64,000 nucleotides of DNA from Candidatus Daviesbacteria bacterium. Its GTDB lineage: Bacteria; Patescibacteriota; Microgenomatia; Daviesbacterales; UBA10151. This document shows positions 8,830-17,664 of this stretch, piece by piece. The notes beneath the pieces are model-generated. The model was not told the origin of the DNA, did no database searches, and worked only from the letters and a program-made list of their open reading frames with translations. The stretch spans positions 7,878-71,877 of the forward strand of contig JACOXD010000006.1 of assembly GCA_016176465.1 (NCBI GenBank), read 5' to 3'. The position numbers were made by a program, and so were the translations under genes. The first letter of the stretch is position 1, and each line of letters starts with the position of its first letter.

Positions 8830-10686
8830 TTATTCTCCTAAAGACTTGGCGCTTTCTGTAGCTACAATTGGAGTTATATCTTTTACTAAATTAGTTTTAT
8901 CAGGAGAAAGAAACCATCTTAAAATTTCTTTAGCTACAGGGGAGGCAACTGATGAGCCTTCCCCACCTCCCTCAATTAAAATTGTGACTGCAACTTTTGG
9001 AGTATCTGTGGGTGCATAGGCAGTATACCAAGCATGAGTTTTATTCTTAGGATCTCCAAACTCAGCTGTTCCTGTTTTGCCTGCAGTTGCTATTGGAAAA
9101 GTAAAAAATGGCCAAGCAGTACCTCCTATCTTTGGTACTTCTTCTAATCCTTTTTTGACCAAGGCCAAATTTTCCCCATTAATTTGGGTAACCAGCGATG
9201 GGTTATATTGGAATTTTTTTATTTCTCTACCTTGCGAGTCAGTAATTTTTAAGGCTATATGCGGAGGGTATTGTTTACCATCTGCTGCTACTATTCCCAT
9301 CATTACGTTTAACTGTAAGGGAGTTGTTAAAACGAATCCTTGGCCTATAGACATATGGAGGGTATCTCCTGGGAACCAAACCTGATCCATATAATTTAAC
9401 TTCCACTCGCTACCTGGAATTACTCCAACTTCCTCACCTGGTAGATCAATCCCTAATTTTTTACCTAAACCTAGCGATTTGGCTGTTTCTCCTATTAACT
9501 TTTCCCCTGTTAATTGGCTAAGTCTATAATAGAAAATATCATTGGAGCGTTTTAGCGCTTTAACTAAATCTACACTTCCTTCTTTCCTTCCATATTGGTT
9601 AAAAAACCAATTTGAAAATTCAAATTCCCCTAAATATATAACCCCTGTATCTTCAAAACTGGTATTTTTATCGATTTTTCCGGAAATTAAACCGGCAAAA
9701 CTGGAGACAATTTTAAATACCGAACCAGGAGGGTAAACTCCGGCTATACTTCTATTCAAAAATGGGAAGTGTTCTCTGTTTAAAGCATTTTCTAAATCTG
9801 ATGGATTATAGGAAGGATAGGAAACTAGGGCTAAAATTTCACCAGTTTGAGGATCAGAAACTAAAGCAGCGGCACAACAAGAGTTAGCTTTAATAGCAGC
9901 TTCTTTTATCAATTTAAAGGTAAGCAGCTGTAAATCTTTATCAATGCTAAGATATAGATTTTGGCCGGGAGAAGGTTTGCTCTCTCGCAGCAACCTCTTT
10001 TTCTTACCCTGCGCATCTATTTCAACAATTTCCCCACCATCTTTACCTCTTAAAATAGACTCATAAATTGATTCAACCCCTTCTTTTCCGATTTTATCCC
10101 CAAGCCTAAGCAATTTATACTTAGGATCCTTTAGTTCCTCATCAGTTATCTCAGCTACATAACCTAACACATGTGCACCTGCTTCTCCCAAAGGGTAGGA
10201 ACGGATGTGGTCTATCTCCAAATTGTTAAAAAGAGGATTACCTTCTATCTCTAATTTTAGCGCCTCATCCCTAGTAATTGTTCGTATTTTTTTAGCTCCA
10301 GGTGAACTTTCATCGATTCTAAATCCTGGTTCGTTTTGAGCTAAAATCTTGCCATTTCGATCATAAATTACACCTCTTGGCGCATGAATAACTTTTATTT
10401 GCACCCGATTAAAATCTGAAAGTTCACGATTAGTTGATCCTTCGATTATTTGTAAATGAAACAACCTAAATAAGAAAGTGGCAAAAACTACTATGACTAT
10501 GATGAGCAAAAAATATCTTCGCCAAATACTAAAAGAAGGAGTTAATTCATTATAAGAGGACCATCCATAAACTAATGACTCAATCCATTCTTGATTTTTT
10601 TCGTTTTGCTTAAAATGCCCACTTTTAACGGAAATCTTGGCCATTTGGTCTTTAAAAGCAAAACCCAAGAACTTTTTCTTTTTCAT
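8830..10686 (-). CDS. mrdA: penicillin-binding protein 2 (elongasome transpeptidase)
   Basis: N-terminal TM anchor, SxxK motif (GSVFKIV) and KTG motif (AGKTGTAE). Directly downstream of mreC-mreD. Confidence 0.85.
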   Translation of the reverse strand: MKKKKFLGFAFKDQMAKISVKSGHFKQNEKNQEWIESLVYGWSSYNELTPSFSIWRRYFLLIIVIVVFATFLFRLFHLQIIEGSTNRELSDFNRVQIKVIHAPRGVIYDRNGKILAQNEPGFRIDESSPGAKKIRTITRDEALKLEIEGNPLFNNLEIDHIRSYPLGEAGAHVLGYVAEITDEELKDPKYKLLRLGDKIGKEGVESIYESILRGKDGGEIVEIDAQGKKKRLLRESKPSPGQNLYLSIDKDLQLLTFKLIKEAAIKANSCCAAALVSDPQTGEILALVSYPSYNPSDLENALNREHFPFLNRSIAGVYPPGSVFKIVSSFAGLISGKIDKNTSFEDTGVIYLGEFEFSNWFFNQYGRKEGSVDLVKALKRSNDIFYYRLSQLTGEKLIGETAKSLGLGKKLGIDLPGEEVGVIPGSEWKLNYMDQVWFPGDTLHMSIGQGFVLTTPLQLNVMMGIVAADGKQYPPHIALKITDSQGREIKKFQYNPSLVTQINGENLALVKKGLEEVPKIGGTAWPFFTFPIATAGKTGTAEFGDPKNKTHAWYTAYAPTDTPKVAVTILIEGGGEGSSVASPVAKEILRWFLSPDKTNLVKDITPIVATESAKSLGE

Positions 10687-10688
10687 TC

Positions 10689-11177
10689 TTAACTTTTAAC
10701 TCTTAACTTTATTTGGGGTCTAACTATAAATCTTCCCTCCCAAAACCTAAGCAGAAAATAGGTTGGTATAGAAATACAAGTTTCAACAATTATTTTTCCA
10801 TAACTTAAACTTATTTTAAGAAAAACAAGTTCTCCAAAAGCCATTAATAAAAATCCAAGAAAAGATAATGGTAAAATTGCATAGATGTTTGAGTGGATTG
10901 GAGTAATTTTAACTAAAGAGAGTAGCTTACTTATAAGTAGAAAAAAAATAGCATAAAAGCCAATATTTTGTGAAGAGAGAAACCCTACTAAAATCCCACC
11001 CAAAAAAGCCAAAAAAAGATTCATCTTTTCTGAAACTATTAATGTTCTAGCGATAAGTAAAGTTAAGCAAAGGTTGAGAGGAATTAGGGTGGTTTGCAAA
11101 ATGGCTGCAACAATCAAAATTACTAAGAATAGTTTCATTATTCGATAATAGTTAAAGTCCAACCAAAGTTCGGCCAA
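10689..11177 (-). CDS. mreD: rod shape-determining protein MreD
   Basis: 162-aa polytopic membrane protein between mreC and PBP2. Confidence 0.6.
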   Translation of the reverse strand: MAELWLDFNYYRIMKLFLVILIVAAILQTTLIPLNLCLTLLIARTLIVSEKMNLFLAFLGGILVGFLSSQNIGFYAIFFLLISKLLSLVKITPIHSNIYAILPLSFLGFLLMAFGELVFLKISLSYGKIIVETCISIPTYFLLRFWEGRFIVRPQIKLRVKS

Positions 11178-11189
11178 AAAATGCCAAAT

Positions 11190-11981
11190 CTAGTTTGTTA
11201 TCACAAAGACAATATCTAAATTAGTTACTTCAAAAATAGGTTTCACTTTGGCTTGTTTAAAAATTTGATTATCCTCATCTTTAACCTCGGAAATACTACC
11301 TATTATTAATCCTCTAGGAAAATTAATTTCTGTCCCTTCTGTATAAACTAAATCTCCAATATTTAGTGGTTCTTGGTGTAAAATTTTCTCCATTAACATC
11401 TCTGAGCCAAACTGGCCAACCAAAATCCCTCTGGCCCGCCCATTTTTATTTGAGGCAAAAACAGAGATTTTTGAATCTGGATCTGTTGGTAAAATAACTT
11501 TGGATTGCCTTGGAGAACTTTCAGTAATTTTACCAAGGTAATTATCCTTATAAACTATAACCATATCTTTTTTCACTCCATCTATACTTCCTTTATCTAT
11601 AAGCAAAAACCTAGAAATCCCTACAGGTCTGGCTGCAATTTGAGTAAAAGTTTGTGGATCTAGAGAACGTTGCTGTTCTAAAAACCCCTCAGTTTCTGCC
11701 AATTTTCTTCTTAAATTAGCATTTTCAGATAAAATTTGAGCTAACTGTTCAGTCAGGGCTTTTTTTTCCTGTCCCGCACGCCTCGCTAAAAAAATAAATT
11801 CAAATTGCCTACTAATAGCCACACCTGATCTATACAAACCATACTGGATAGGAACTGTTACAATTTGGACAGCTTGTTTAGGTAAATTTAATAAATTTAA
11901 ATTATCTGCAAAAATTAAAAGTAAGGAAATAAATAAAAGAGGGATAAAATATTTATAATCCTGGAGCAGCGCTTTTAGCAT
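11190..11981 (-). CDS. mreC: rod shape-determining protein MreC
   Basis: N-terminal TM, coiled-coil (LRRKLAETEGFLEQQ) and C-terminal beta domain with the GLIIGSISEV pattern. Confidence 0.7.
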   Translation of the reverse strand: MLKALLQDYKYFIPLLFISLLLIFADNLNLLNLPKQAVQIVTVPIQYGLYRSGVAISRQFEFIFLARRAGQEKKALTEQLAQILSENANLRRKLAETEGFLEQQRSLDPQTFTQIAARPVGISRFLLIDKGSIDGVKKDMVIVYKDNYLGKITESSPRQSKVILPTDPDSKISVFASNKNGRARGILVGQFGSEMLMEKILHQEPLNIGDLVYTEGTEINFPRGLIIGSISEVKDEDNQIFKQAKVKPIFEVTNLDIVFVITN

Positions 11982-12036
11982 ATGGGAAATATACCAAACT
12001 TTATTTAAGATGACAAAGCTATATTTTAGAAGCTTC

Positions 12037-13173
12037 TCAGGGATAGATTACTTGTCCAACTGCTACCATAATTTGCTCACCGTTAAAAACAGGTACTTCT
12101 CTTAAAACTACTTTTTTTACTCTTCCTTTTACTTTTACCCCATTAAAAGGTGTCCAGCCACACTTGGTATATAAAAACTCATTTCTAATCTCCCACTGCT
12201 CATCTAAATCTACCTCTATATAAGTATTATTGTCATCCTGAGCACGGGCCCCCAGAGGGGAGAAGGATCCATTTAGATTCTTCGTCTCGCCAAAGGCGGA
12301 CTCAAAATGACGGGAAGAAAGTCCAAAAACTTTCTTAGGATTAGTTGAGGTTAGTTCTATTACCCTTTCTAAGGTCAATCTCTTCTCAGCTACAGCATTT
12401 AAAAGTAACGGTAGGGTGGTTTCTAACCCTGGGACCCCAAAAGGAGGGTTTTCTGATTTTAATTTTTCATCAACAGTGTGAGGTGCATGATCAGATGCAA
12501 CCATATCCAAAACATCTAAATTTTTCCAAATATATTCAACATCTTTTTTAGAAGATAGCGGTGGTTTCATAATTCCAAAAGGTCCTAATCTTTTTAAATC
12601 TTCATTTGTTAAAAATAGATGATGGGCAGAAACTTCAGCAGTAATTGGCATTCCCGCTTCTTTAGCTATCCTAACTTGATCAATTTCTGAAGCTAGCGAT
12701 AAATGACAAACATGGAGTCTTTGTCCATGACGTTTTGCCAGATCAATCGCCGTGGCTAGGGTCGGACCCTCTGCGTGAACCATAATTATTTTACTCTTGG
12801 GCCAGTTAGCAAAAATTAACTCCAAATCATTTTGATCCTCAATAAGTAGGGGACCTGTGGTGTGATTCATATACACCTTTAGCCCCCAAACTTTTTTCTT
12901 TACTTGTTCAAAAAAAGGAACAGAAACTTTAGAGCCACCAAAGTGAAACCCTAAATCACAAAATATCCTCCCAGGAGCTAAATCTATTTTTTCTTCTAAT
13001 GATATATTGTCAACTATGGGGTTTGGGTTATTGGGCATGTCAAAAATAGTAGTATACCCTCCTGCTATGGCAGCTTTGCTGCCTGTAGCAAAGTCTTCTT
13101 TTTGGATATTCCCAGGCTCTCTTAAGTGAACATGGACATCAACTAGACCTGGCAGTTTAACAATTTTAGACAT
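12037..13173 (-). CDS. pyrC: dihydroorotase carrying an in-frame palindromic-element insertion
   Basis: Metal-binding LPGLVDVHVHLREPG. Amidohydrolase fold. C-terminal region contains a ~28-aa GC-rich insert. Confidence 0.8.
   Translation of the reverse strand: MSKIVKLPGLVDVHVHLREPGNIQKEDFATGSKAAIAGGYTTIFDMPNNPNPIVDNISLEEKIDLAPGRIFCDLGFHFGGSKVSVPFFEQVKKKVWGLKVYMNHTTGPLLIEDQNDLELIFANWPKSKIIMVHAEGPTLATAIDLAKRHGQRLHVCHLSLASEIDQVRIAKEAGMPITAEVSAHHLFLTNEDLKRLGPFGIMKPPLSSKKDVEYIWKNLDVLDMVASDHAPHTVDEKLKSENPPFGVPGLETTLPLLLNAVAEKRLTLERVIELTSTNPKKVFGLSSRHFESAFGETKNLNGSFSPLGARAQDDNNTYIEVDLDEQWEIRNEFLYTKCGWTPFNGVKVKGRVKKVVLREVPVFNGEQIMVAVGQVIYP
12231..12312. repeat. MITE-like palindromic element inserted in-frame within pyrC
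   Basis: tgtcatcctgagcacgggcccccagaggggagaaggatcc...agattcttcgtctcgcc...ctcaaaatgacgg has the family termini and GGGCCCC core. The ORF reads through it. Confidence 0.75.
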
Positions 13174-13900
13174 TTAAATTCCTTGAATAATTTAAATATT
13201 TTACTGTTTCATCATACTGATCCTTAGATATTGTTTTAGTACTCAAATAATAATCTAAAAGCTGACTTAAAGTTAAAGCAGAATATATTTTATAACCCTT
13301 CTCTTCCATAACCTCCTTACCTCCTTCTTCTCTATCTATTAATATAAGTAGACCCATCACCTTATAGCCAAGGTCTTCTGCGACGTTTATAGCTTCCATT
13401 TTTGATCCTCCTTTTGTTATCAAATCATCTACTATTAAAAGCTTTTTTCCATTTCCTTTTTGTGCATTACCTGCTGGGAGTATTTGATGATGTTGTGGGG
13501 TATCATCCTTTTCAAGGATTGCTACATAAGGAATACCACTAATCTCTGAGAATTTTTTTGCATAAGGTACCGCTGCATTAGGAATTCCCGTACAAAAATC
13601 AGGTCTTTCATCAAGTTTAATTTCATTTAAAACTTTAGCTATCTGATCTATAACATTCCCTGGAAGGCTTCTTAAATTTATATACATTGGAGAAAGAGCA
13701 GCTCCTGGAGTAACTTCGTGGTGTTTAAAAACAAATTCTCCAGGATCTATCCTAAAATCAAATGGTGAGGTATCCCTGATAATATGATAAAATTCGAAAC
13801 TTCCATCAGGATTTTGCTTTCTTCTTCTAATTTTAGCTTGAGTCTTGGTTTTAAACAGTAAATCTGCTAATTTTTTTTGTTTGGCAGTTAATTCACTCAT
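13166..13900 (-). CDS. pyrE: orotate phosphoribosyltransferase
   Basis: PRPP-binding motif LLIVDDLITKGGS. N-terminal FKHHEVTPGAALSPMYINLRSL resembles the OPRTase hood. Confidence 0.75.
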   Translation of the reverse strand: MSELTAKQKKLADLLFKTKTQAKIRRRKQNPDGSFEFYHIIRDTSPFDFRIDPGEFVFKHHEVTPGAALSPMYINLRSLPGNVIDQIAKVLNEIKLDERPDFCTGIPNAAVPYAKKFSEISGIPYVAILEKDDTPQHHQILPAGNAQKGNGKKLLIVDDLITKGGSKMEAINVAEDLGYKVMGLLILIDREEGGKEVMEEKGYKIYSALTLSQLLDYYLSTKTISKDQYDETVKYLNYSRNLNV

Positions 13901-13906
13901 AAGTAT

Positions 13907-14785
13907 TTATGCAGCATATTTTAGGACACTTCGATGTAACTCCTCTGTCTTGGCTCTGGCAGCTTCTGCAAAATCCTCACCCGCTGATGCAAAAATGATT
14001 GTACTACTGGAGTTTATGATCATTCCCCAACCTCTGGAATCTCTTCCTGCTTGAATGGTTGCTTCCACATCTCCATCTTGAGCACCGAGTCCAGGAATTA
14101 AGATTGGAATATCTCCAATGATGGATCTAACAACTGCAAGTTCCTTTGGAAAAGTAGCCCCTACTACTACTCCACAGTTACCATTTTTATTCCATACAGT
14201 AGCTACTCTCTCGGCCACCGTCTCATAGAGAGTTTTGCCCGTATCAGCCAGTTTTTGATCCTGAAATTCCCCATTACCTTTATTAGATGTTTTAACAAGA
14301 ATTATAACTCCTTTATTTTTATAAGCTAAAAATGGATCTAGAGCATCTTCTCCAAAATATGGATTTACTGTGACTGCACCGAACCCCAAATTATCAAAAA
14401 TAGATCTAGCATAGGATGCACTAGTTCTATCTATGTCACCTCTTTTGGCATCTAATATAGGTACTATATGGGGATAATTTTTATTTATGTAAGCTGCTGT
14501 TCTAGCAAGAGCATTCCAACCTTCTGCACCCTGTTCTTCATAATAAGAACTTTGGGGTTTAAAAGCACAAACTAAGTCAGCAGTTGCATCAACTATAGCT
14601 CTGTTAAATTCAAATATTGCATCCTCAACTGAGCTACCATCCTTAACTGCTTGAGGTAGTCTCGCATAATCACTATCCAACCCAACACAAACAAATAATC
14701 CTTTTGCCCACTGCCCCTCAAGCTTTGTTACAAATTCACTCTTTCCCATTGCAAGCAATTTACTATTAATTAAATTAAGTGTCAA
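13907..14785 (-). CDS. pyrF: orotidine 5'-phosphate decarboxylase (long type 2 form)
   Basis: VCVGLDSDY and ILDAKRGDIDRT...PGLGAQ motifs. Confidence 0.8.
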   Translation of the reverse strand: MTLNLINSKLLAMGKSEFVTKLEGQWAKGLFVCVGLDSDYARLPQAVKDGSSVEDAIFEFNRAIVDATADLVCAFKPQSSYYEEQGAEGWNALARTAAYINKNYPHIVPILDAKRGDIDRTSASYARSIFDNLGFGAVTVNPYFGEDALDPFLAYKNKGVIILVKTSNKGNGEFQDQKLADTGKTLYETVAERVATVWNKNGNCGVVVGATFPKELAVVRSIIGDIPILIPGLGAQDGDVEATIQAGRDSRGWGMIINSSSTIIFASAGEDFAEAARAKTEELHRSVLKYAA

Positions 14786-14872
14786 TGTTAATTTGCGGTG
14801 TTAGTTAGATTGATCAATTAGCATTTTGTATCTGATACAAAGGAATGCTATAGCTTATGTTTGTATCATTTA

Positions 14873-14910
14873 TTACACCTCCTATCACACCTCCGAGGTG
14901 TGATAAAAAA
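14873..14910. promoter_or_regulatory. 17-bp perfect palindrome (tcacacctccgaggtgtga) in the divergent pyrF / 14976 promoter region
   Basis: Perfect hairpin with A-run. The same core recurs at 49274-49293. Confidence 0.35.
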
Positions 14911-14975
14911 TCTTCCTAAGTTTGATATATTTAATATATATTGTCCAAAAATGAGGGGTTTGCTAGTATGGAAAA

Positions 14976-15320
14976 ATGTTAACTAAACAGGATTTGGAAG
15001 CAATAGATAGGCTCGTAACTAAAAGATTAGATCCTATTAAACAAAGAGTAAATGAAGTAGAAATCAGTTTAAGATCAGAATTGCAGGGAGAAATTGGTTC
15101 ATTAAATAAAACAGTAGGTTCATTAAGTGGGACAGTAGAGGAGTTGAGGAAAGATATGAACAGAGGATTTAAAGATGCACGTAGAGAATTAAACAAATTA
15201 CACCAGAGTCAGGAAGAAATTATTAAATTCTTTAATGAAGAAGCTTTATCTCTAAAAAAGGAGGTCGATAGAATTGAAAAAGTTCTTAATCTCCCTCCAT
15301 TACCCAAACTCACTTCTTGA
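14976..15320 (+). CDS. small coiled-coil hypothetical protein (paralog of the 40184 ORF)
   Basis: 114 aa with heptad-rich sequence. N-terminus MLTKQDLEAIDRLVTK resembles MLTVDDIKKLAEVFVTK of ORF 40184. Confidence 0.4.
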   Translation: MLTKQDLEAIDRLVTKRLDPIKQRVNEVEISLRSELQGEIGSLNKTVGSLSGTVEELRKDMNRGFKDARRELNKLHQSQEEIIKFFNEEALSLKKEVDRIEKVLNLPPLPKLTS

Positions 15321-16533
15321 CAGCAAATTCCTTCTAACTTATAGTAGCTTTGAGTTAATGAAGGCTAATAATAGGGGCAAATCTTCAAATAATCTTCTTC
15401 ATCCCAATCAACCCACCTTTATATATGATATTAATAAACCTTGGGAAGAGGTGATAAAGAGTGAACCTATTTGGCTTTCTCAAAAATTCCCTCCCCGCCC
15501 AAAACTTTACTGCTTTTTAGGACACACCCTAATTTCCCCTGTCGTTATAGCAGCGGGGCCTGCCTCTGGAAAAATCTGGACAGATTTTTACTTTAAGATG
15601 GGCTATGGTGCTGTAATTCAAAAAACTATGAGAACTGCTCCCCGCAGCTCTAACTTAGCTCCTAATATTGCTATTGTTAAAGCAAGCAAACCTATAGCTA
15701 GAAATAGTTTAGGTCAAACAATGCATGCTACTATGAACCAGGATGAATATCCTAAATTTCAAAGCATCACCAACTCTTTTGGCAACCCCTCACCTCTACT
15801 TTCAACTTGGGCTAATGAGTTAAAAGAGCAAAAGAAGGGTGTTAATCCAGGGCAATTATTAGGGTGCTCAGTAACAGCCTCTATTGGAGAAAACTCAAGC
15901 TGCAGCGTTATCTTTGGTGAGAATCCCCCAATCTCCCAGGTTTTAGAAGTAGCCACAGACCTTTTAACAGCAGCCTCTGTTGCTGTAACTTCAGGAGCTG
16001 ATTTTGTGGAGTTAAATTTAGCTTGCCCTAATGTAATGGAAAATACTGAAGAAAGTGAGATGTTTCAAAACGCCAAGTTGATTCAATATACTTTAGAGGA
16101 ATTTAAAAAAAGATTTCCTAATATTCCAATAGGATTTAAGTTTGGCTTATATAAAGATAAAGATCAAATGAAGCGAGTTTTTGCACAAGCAGGAGATAAT
16201 CTTGATTATGTTTCAGGAATTAATGCCTTAGCTATGCCTGTTGAGGCTGAGGATGGTAAAGATATTTTACCCGGAAGGAAAAAGAGTGGTGTTTGTGGAA
16301 GGGTAATTAAAGATATTGCACTAGAACATATTGAGTGGGCCTCCCAAATCAGAGAAGAAGAAGGGTTAAAGTATGAAATACTAGGTGGTGGGGGAATTTT
16401 AGAATCTGAAGATGTAGATAAATTTTTAAACCTAGGTGCTAATGCAGTCCAAGTTGCAACAGTAGCCCTAACTAATCCCTTATTTGCTCATCAATATAGC
16501 CTCCACACTCAATATCAATCCCATGCAAATTAA
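15274..16533 (+). CDS. pyrD: dihydroorotate dehydrogenase-like flavoprotein
   Basis: ISPVVIAAGPASGKIW, ELNLACPNV and GGGGI...ANAVQVAT motifs. About 90-aa N-terminal extension, so the true start may be internal. Confidence 0.65.
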   Translation: MKKFLISLHYPNSLLDSKFLLTYSSFELMKANNRGKSSNNLLHPNQPTFIYDINKPWEEVIKSEPIWLSQKFPPRPKLYCFLGHTLISPVVIAAGPASGKIWTDFYFKMGYGAVIQKTMRTAPRSSNLAPNIAIVKASKPIARNSLGQTMHATMNQDEYPKFQSITNSFGNPSPLLSTWANELKEQKKGVNPGQLLGCSVTASIGENSSCSVIFGENPPISQVLEVATDLLTAASVAVTSGADFVELNLACPNVMENTEESEMFQNAKLIQYTLEEFKKRFPNIPIGFKFGLYKDKDQMKRVFAQAGDNLDYVSGINALAMPVEAEDGKDILPGRKKSGVCGRVIKDIALEHIEWASQIREEEGLKYEILGGGGILESEDVDKFLNLGANAVQVATVALTNPLFAHQYSLHTQYQSHAN

Positions 16534-16542
16534 TATATCACT

Positions 16543-17643
16543 TTACTTGAGACCTCCTGTTACCCTAACTTTACTTAATAAATCCAGATCATCTAGCAAC
16601 TTATAACAACCCCTAACCACTGTAGTTAGAGGATCCTCTGCTATCCAAACTGGCATTTTAGTCTCATCTGACAACCTTTTATCAAACCCTCTAATTAGAG
16701 CTCCTCCTCCAGTTACCACAATTCCTCTCTCAAGTAGATCCCCTACAAGCTCTGGTGGAGTTTCCTCTAAAACCTCCTGGATTGCTCCAATAATTTGATT
16801 GAGAGTAGAACTCAAAGCTTCTCTTACCTCTGAGGCAGAAATCTTAATGGATTTTGGTAAGCCCGTTGCAAGTTCTCTTCCCCTAACTATTGTTTCCCTT
16901 TCTTTTTCTAGCTGTATCGCAGAACCTAAATCTATCTTTACCTCTTCTGCAGTCCTCTCACCAATCAACATCCCATATCTCATCCTTAAATAATTAATTA
17001 TATCTTGATCCATCTCATCTCCAGCTATTCTTAAAGATTTATTTATGACCATTCCACCTAAAGAGATAACTGCTATCTCTGTTGTGCCTCCCCCAATATC
17101 TACAACAAAACATCCATCAGGCTCCTCTATCCTTAGATCAGCTCCAATAGCAGCTGCCATGGGTTCTTCTATTAAAAATGCTTCCCTTGCACCTGCAGAT
17201 AAGGCTGCATCCTGAACTGCCCTTCTCTCAACCTCTGTTACACCAGATGGAATGCCTATCACTACTCTTGGCCTTGGGATTTTGGGAATCCGCCAGCTGG
17301 CGAAGCCAGGAGATTGGTGCACTTTTTGGATAAAGTGTCTTAGCATTGCCTCAGTTGTATCAAAATCAGAAATTACCCCATCCCTTAGTGGTCTAACTGC
17401 CTCTATTACTGCTGGAGTTCTCCCTAACATCCTTTTTGCCTCAGAACCTATAGCTAAAACCTGCTTGGTTTTTTTATGGATTGCTACAACAGAGGGTTCT
17501 CTAATTACAATACCTTTACCCTTAACAGCTACTAAAGTATTAACTGTTCCTAAATCTATACCTATATCATGAGAAAAAAGACTCCAAATCCTTCCTAACA
17601 TTGCAAAGGGGAGTGTAACAAGAAAACCCGGGCAAGACAACAA
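16543..17643 (-). CDS. mreB: rod shape-determining actin homolog MreB
   Basis: IGIDLGTVNTLVAV phosphate-1 and VVDIGGGTTEIAV phosphate-2 motifs. Confidence 0.9.
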   Translation of the reverse strand: MLSCPGFLVTLPFAMLGRIWSLFSHDIGIDLGTVNTLVAVKGKGIVIREPSVVAIHKKTKQVLAIGSEAKRMLGRTPAVIEAVRPLRDGVISDFDTTEAMLRHFIQKVHQSPGFASWRIPKIPRPRVVIGIPSGVTEVERRAVQDAALSAGAREAFLIEEPMAAAIGADLRIEEPDGCFVVDIGGGTTEIAVISLGGMVINKSLRIAGDEMDQDIINYLRMRYGMLIGERTAEEVKIDLGSAIQLEKERETIVRGRELATGLPKSIKISASEVREALSSTLNQIIGAIQEVLEETPPELVGDLLERGIVVTGGGALIRGFDKRLSDETKMPVWIAEDPLTTVVRGCYKLLDDLDLLSKVRVTGGLK

Positions 17644-17664
17644 TCAACGTCTTAGATGTAGGCA

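Noticed and set aside
9077-9736. Two + strand ORFs inside the PBP2 gene
   Set aside because: They are antisense overlap ORFs with no motifs.
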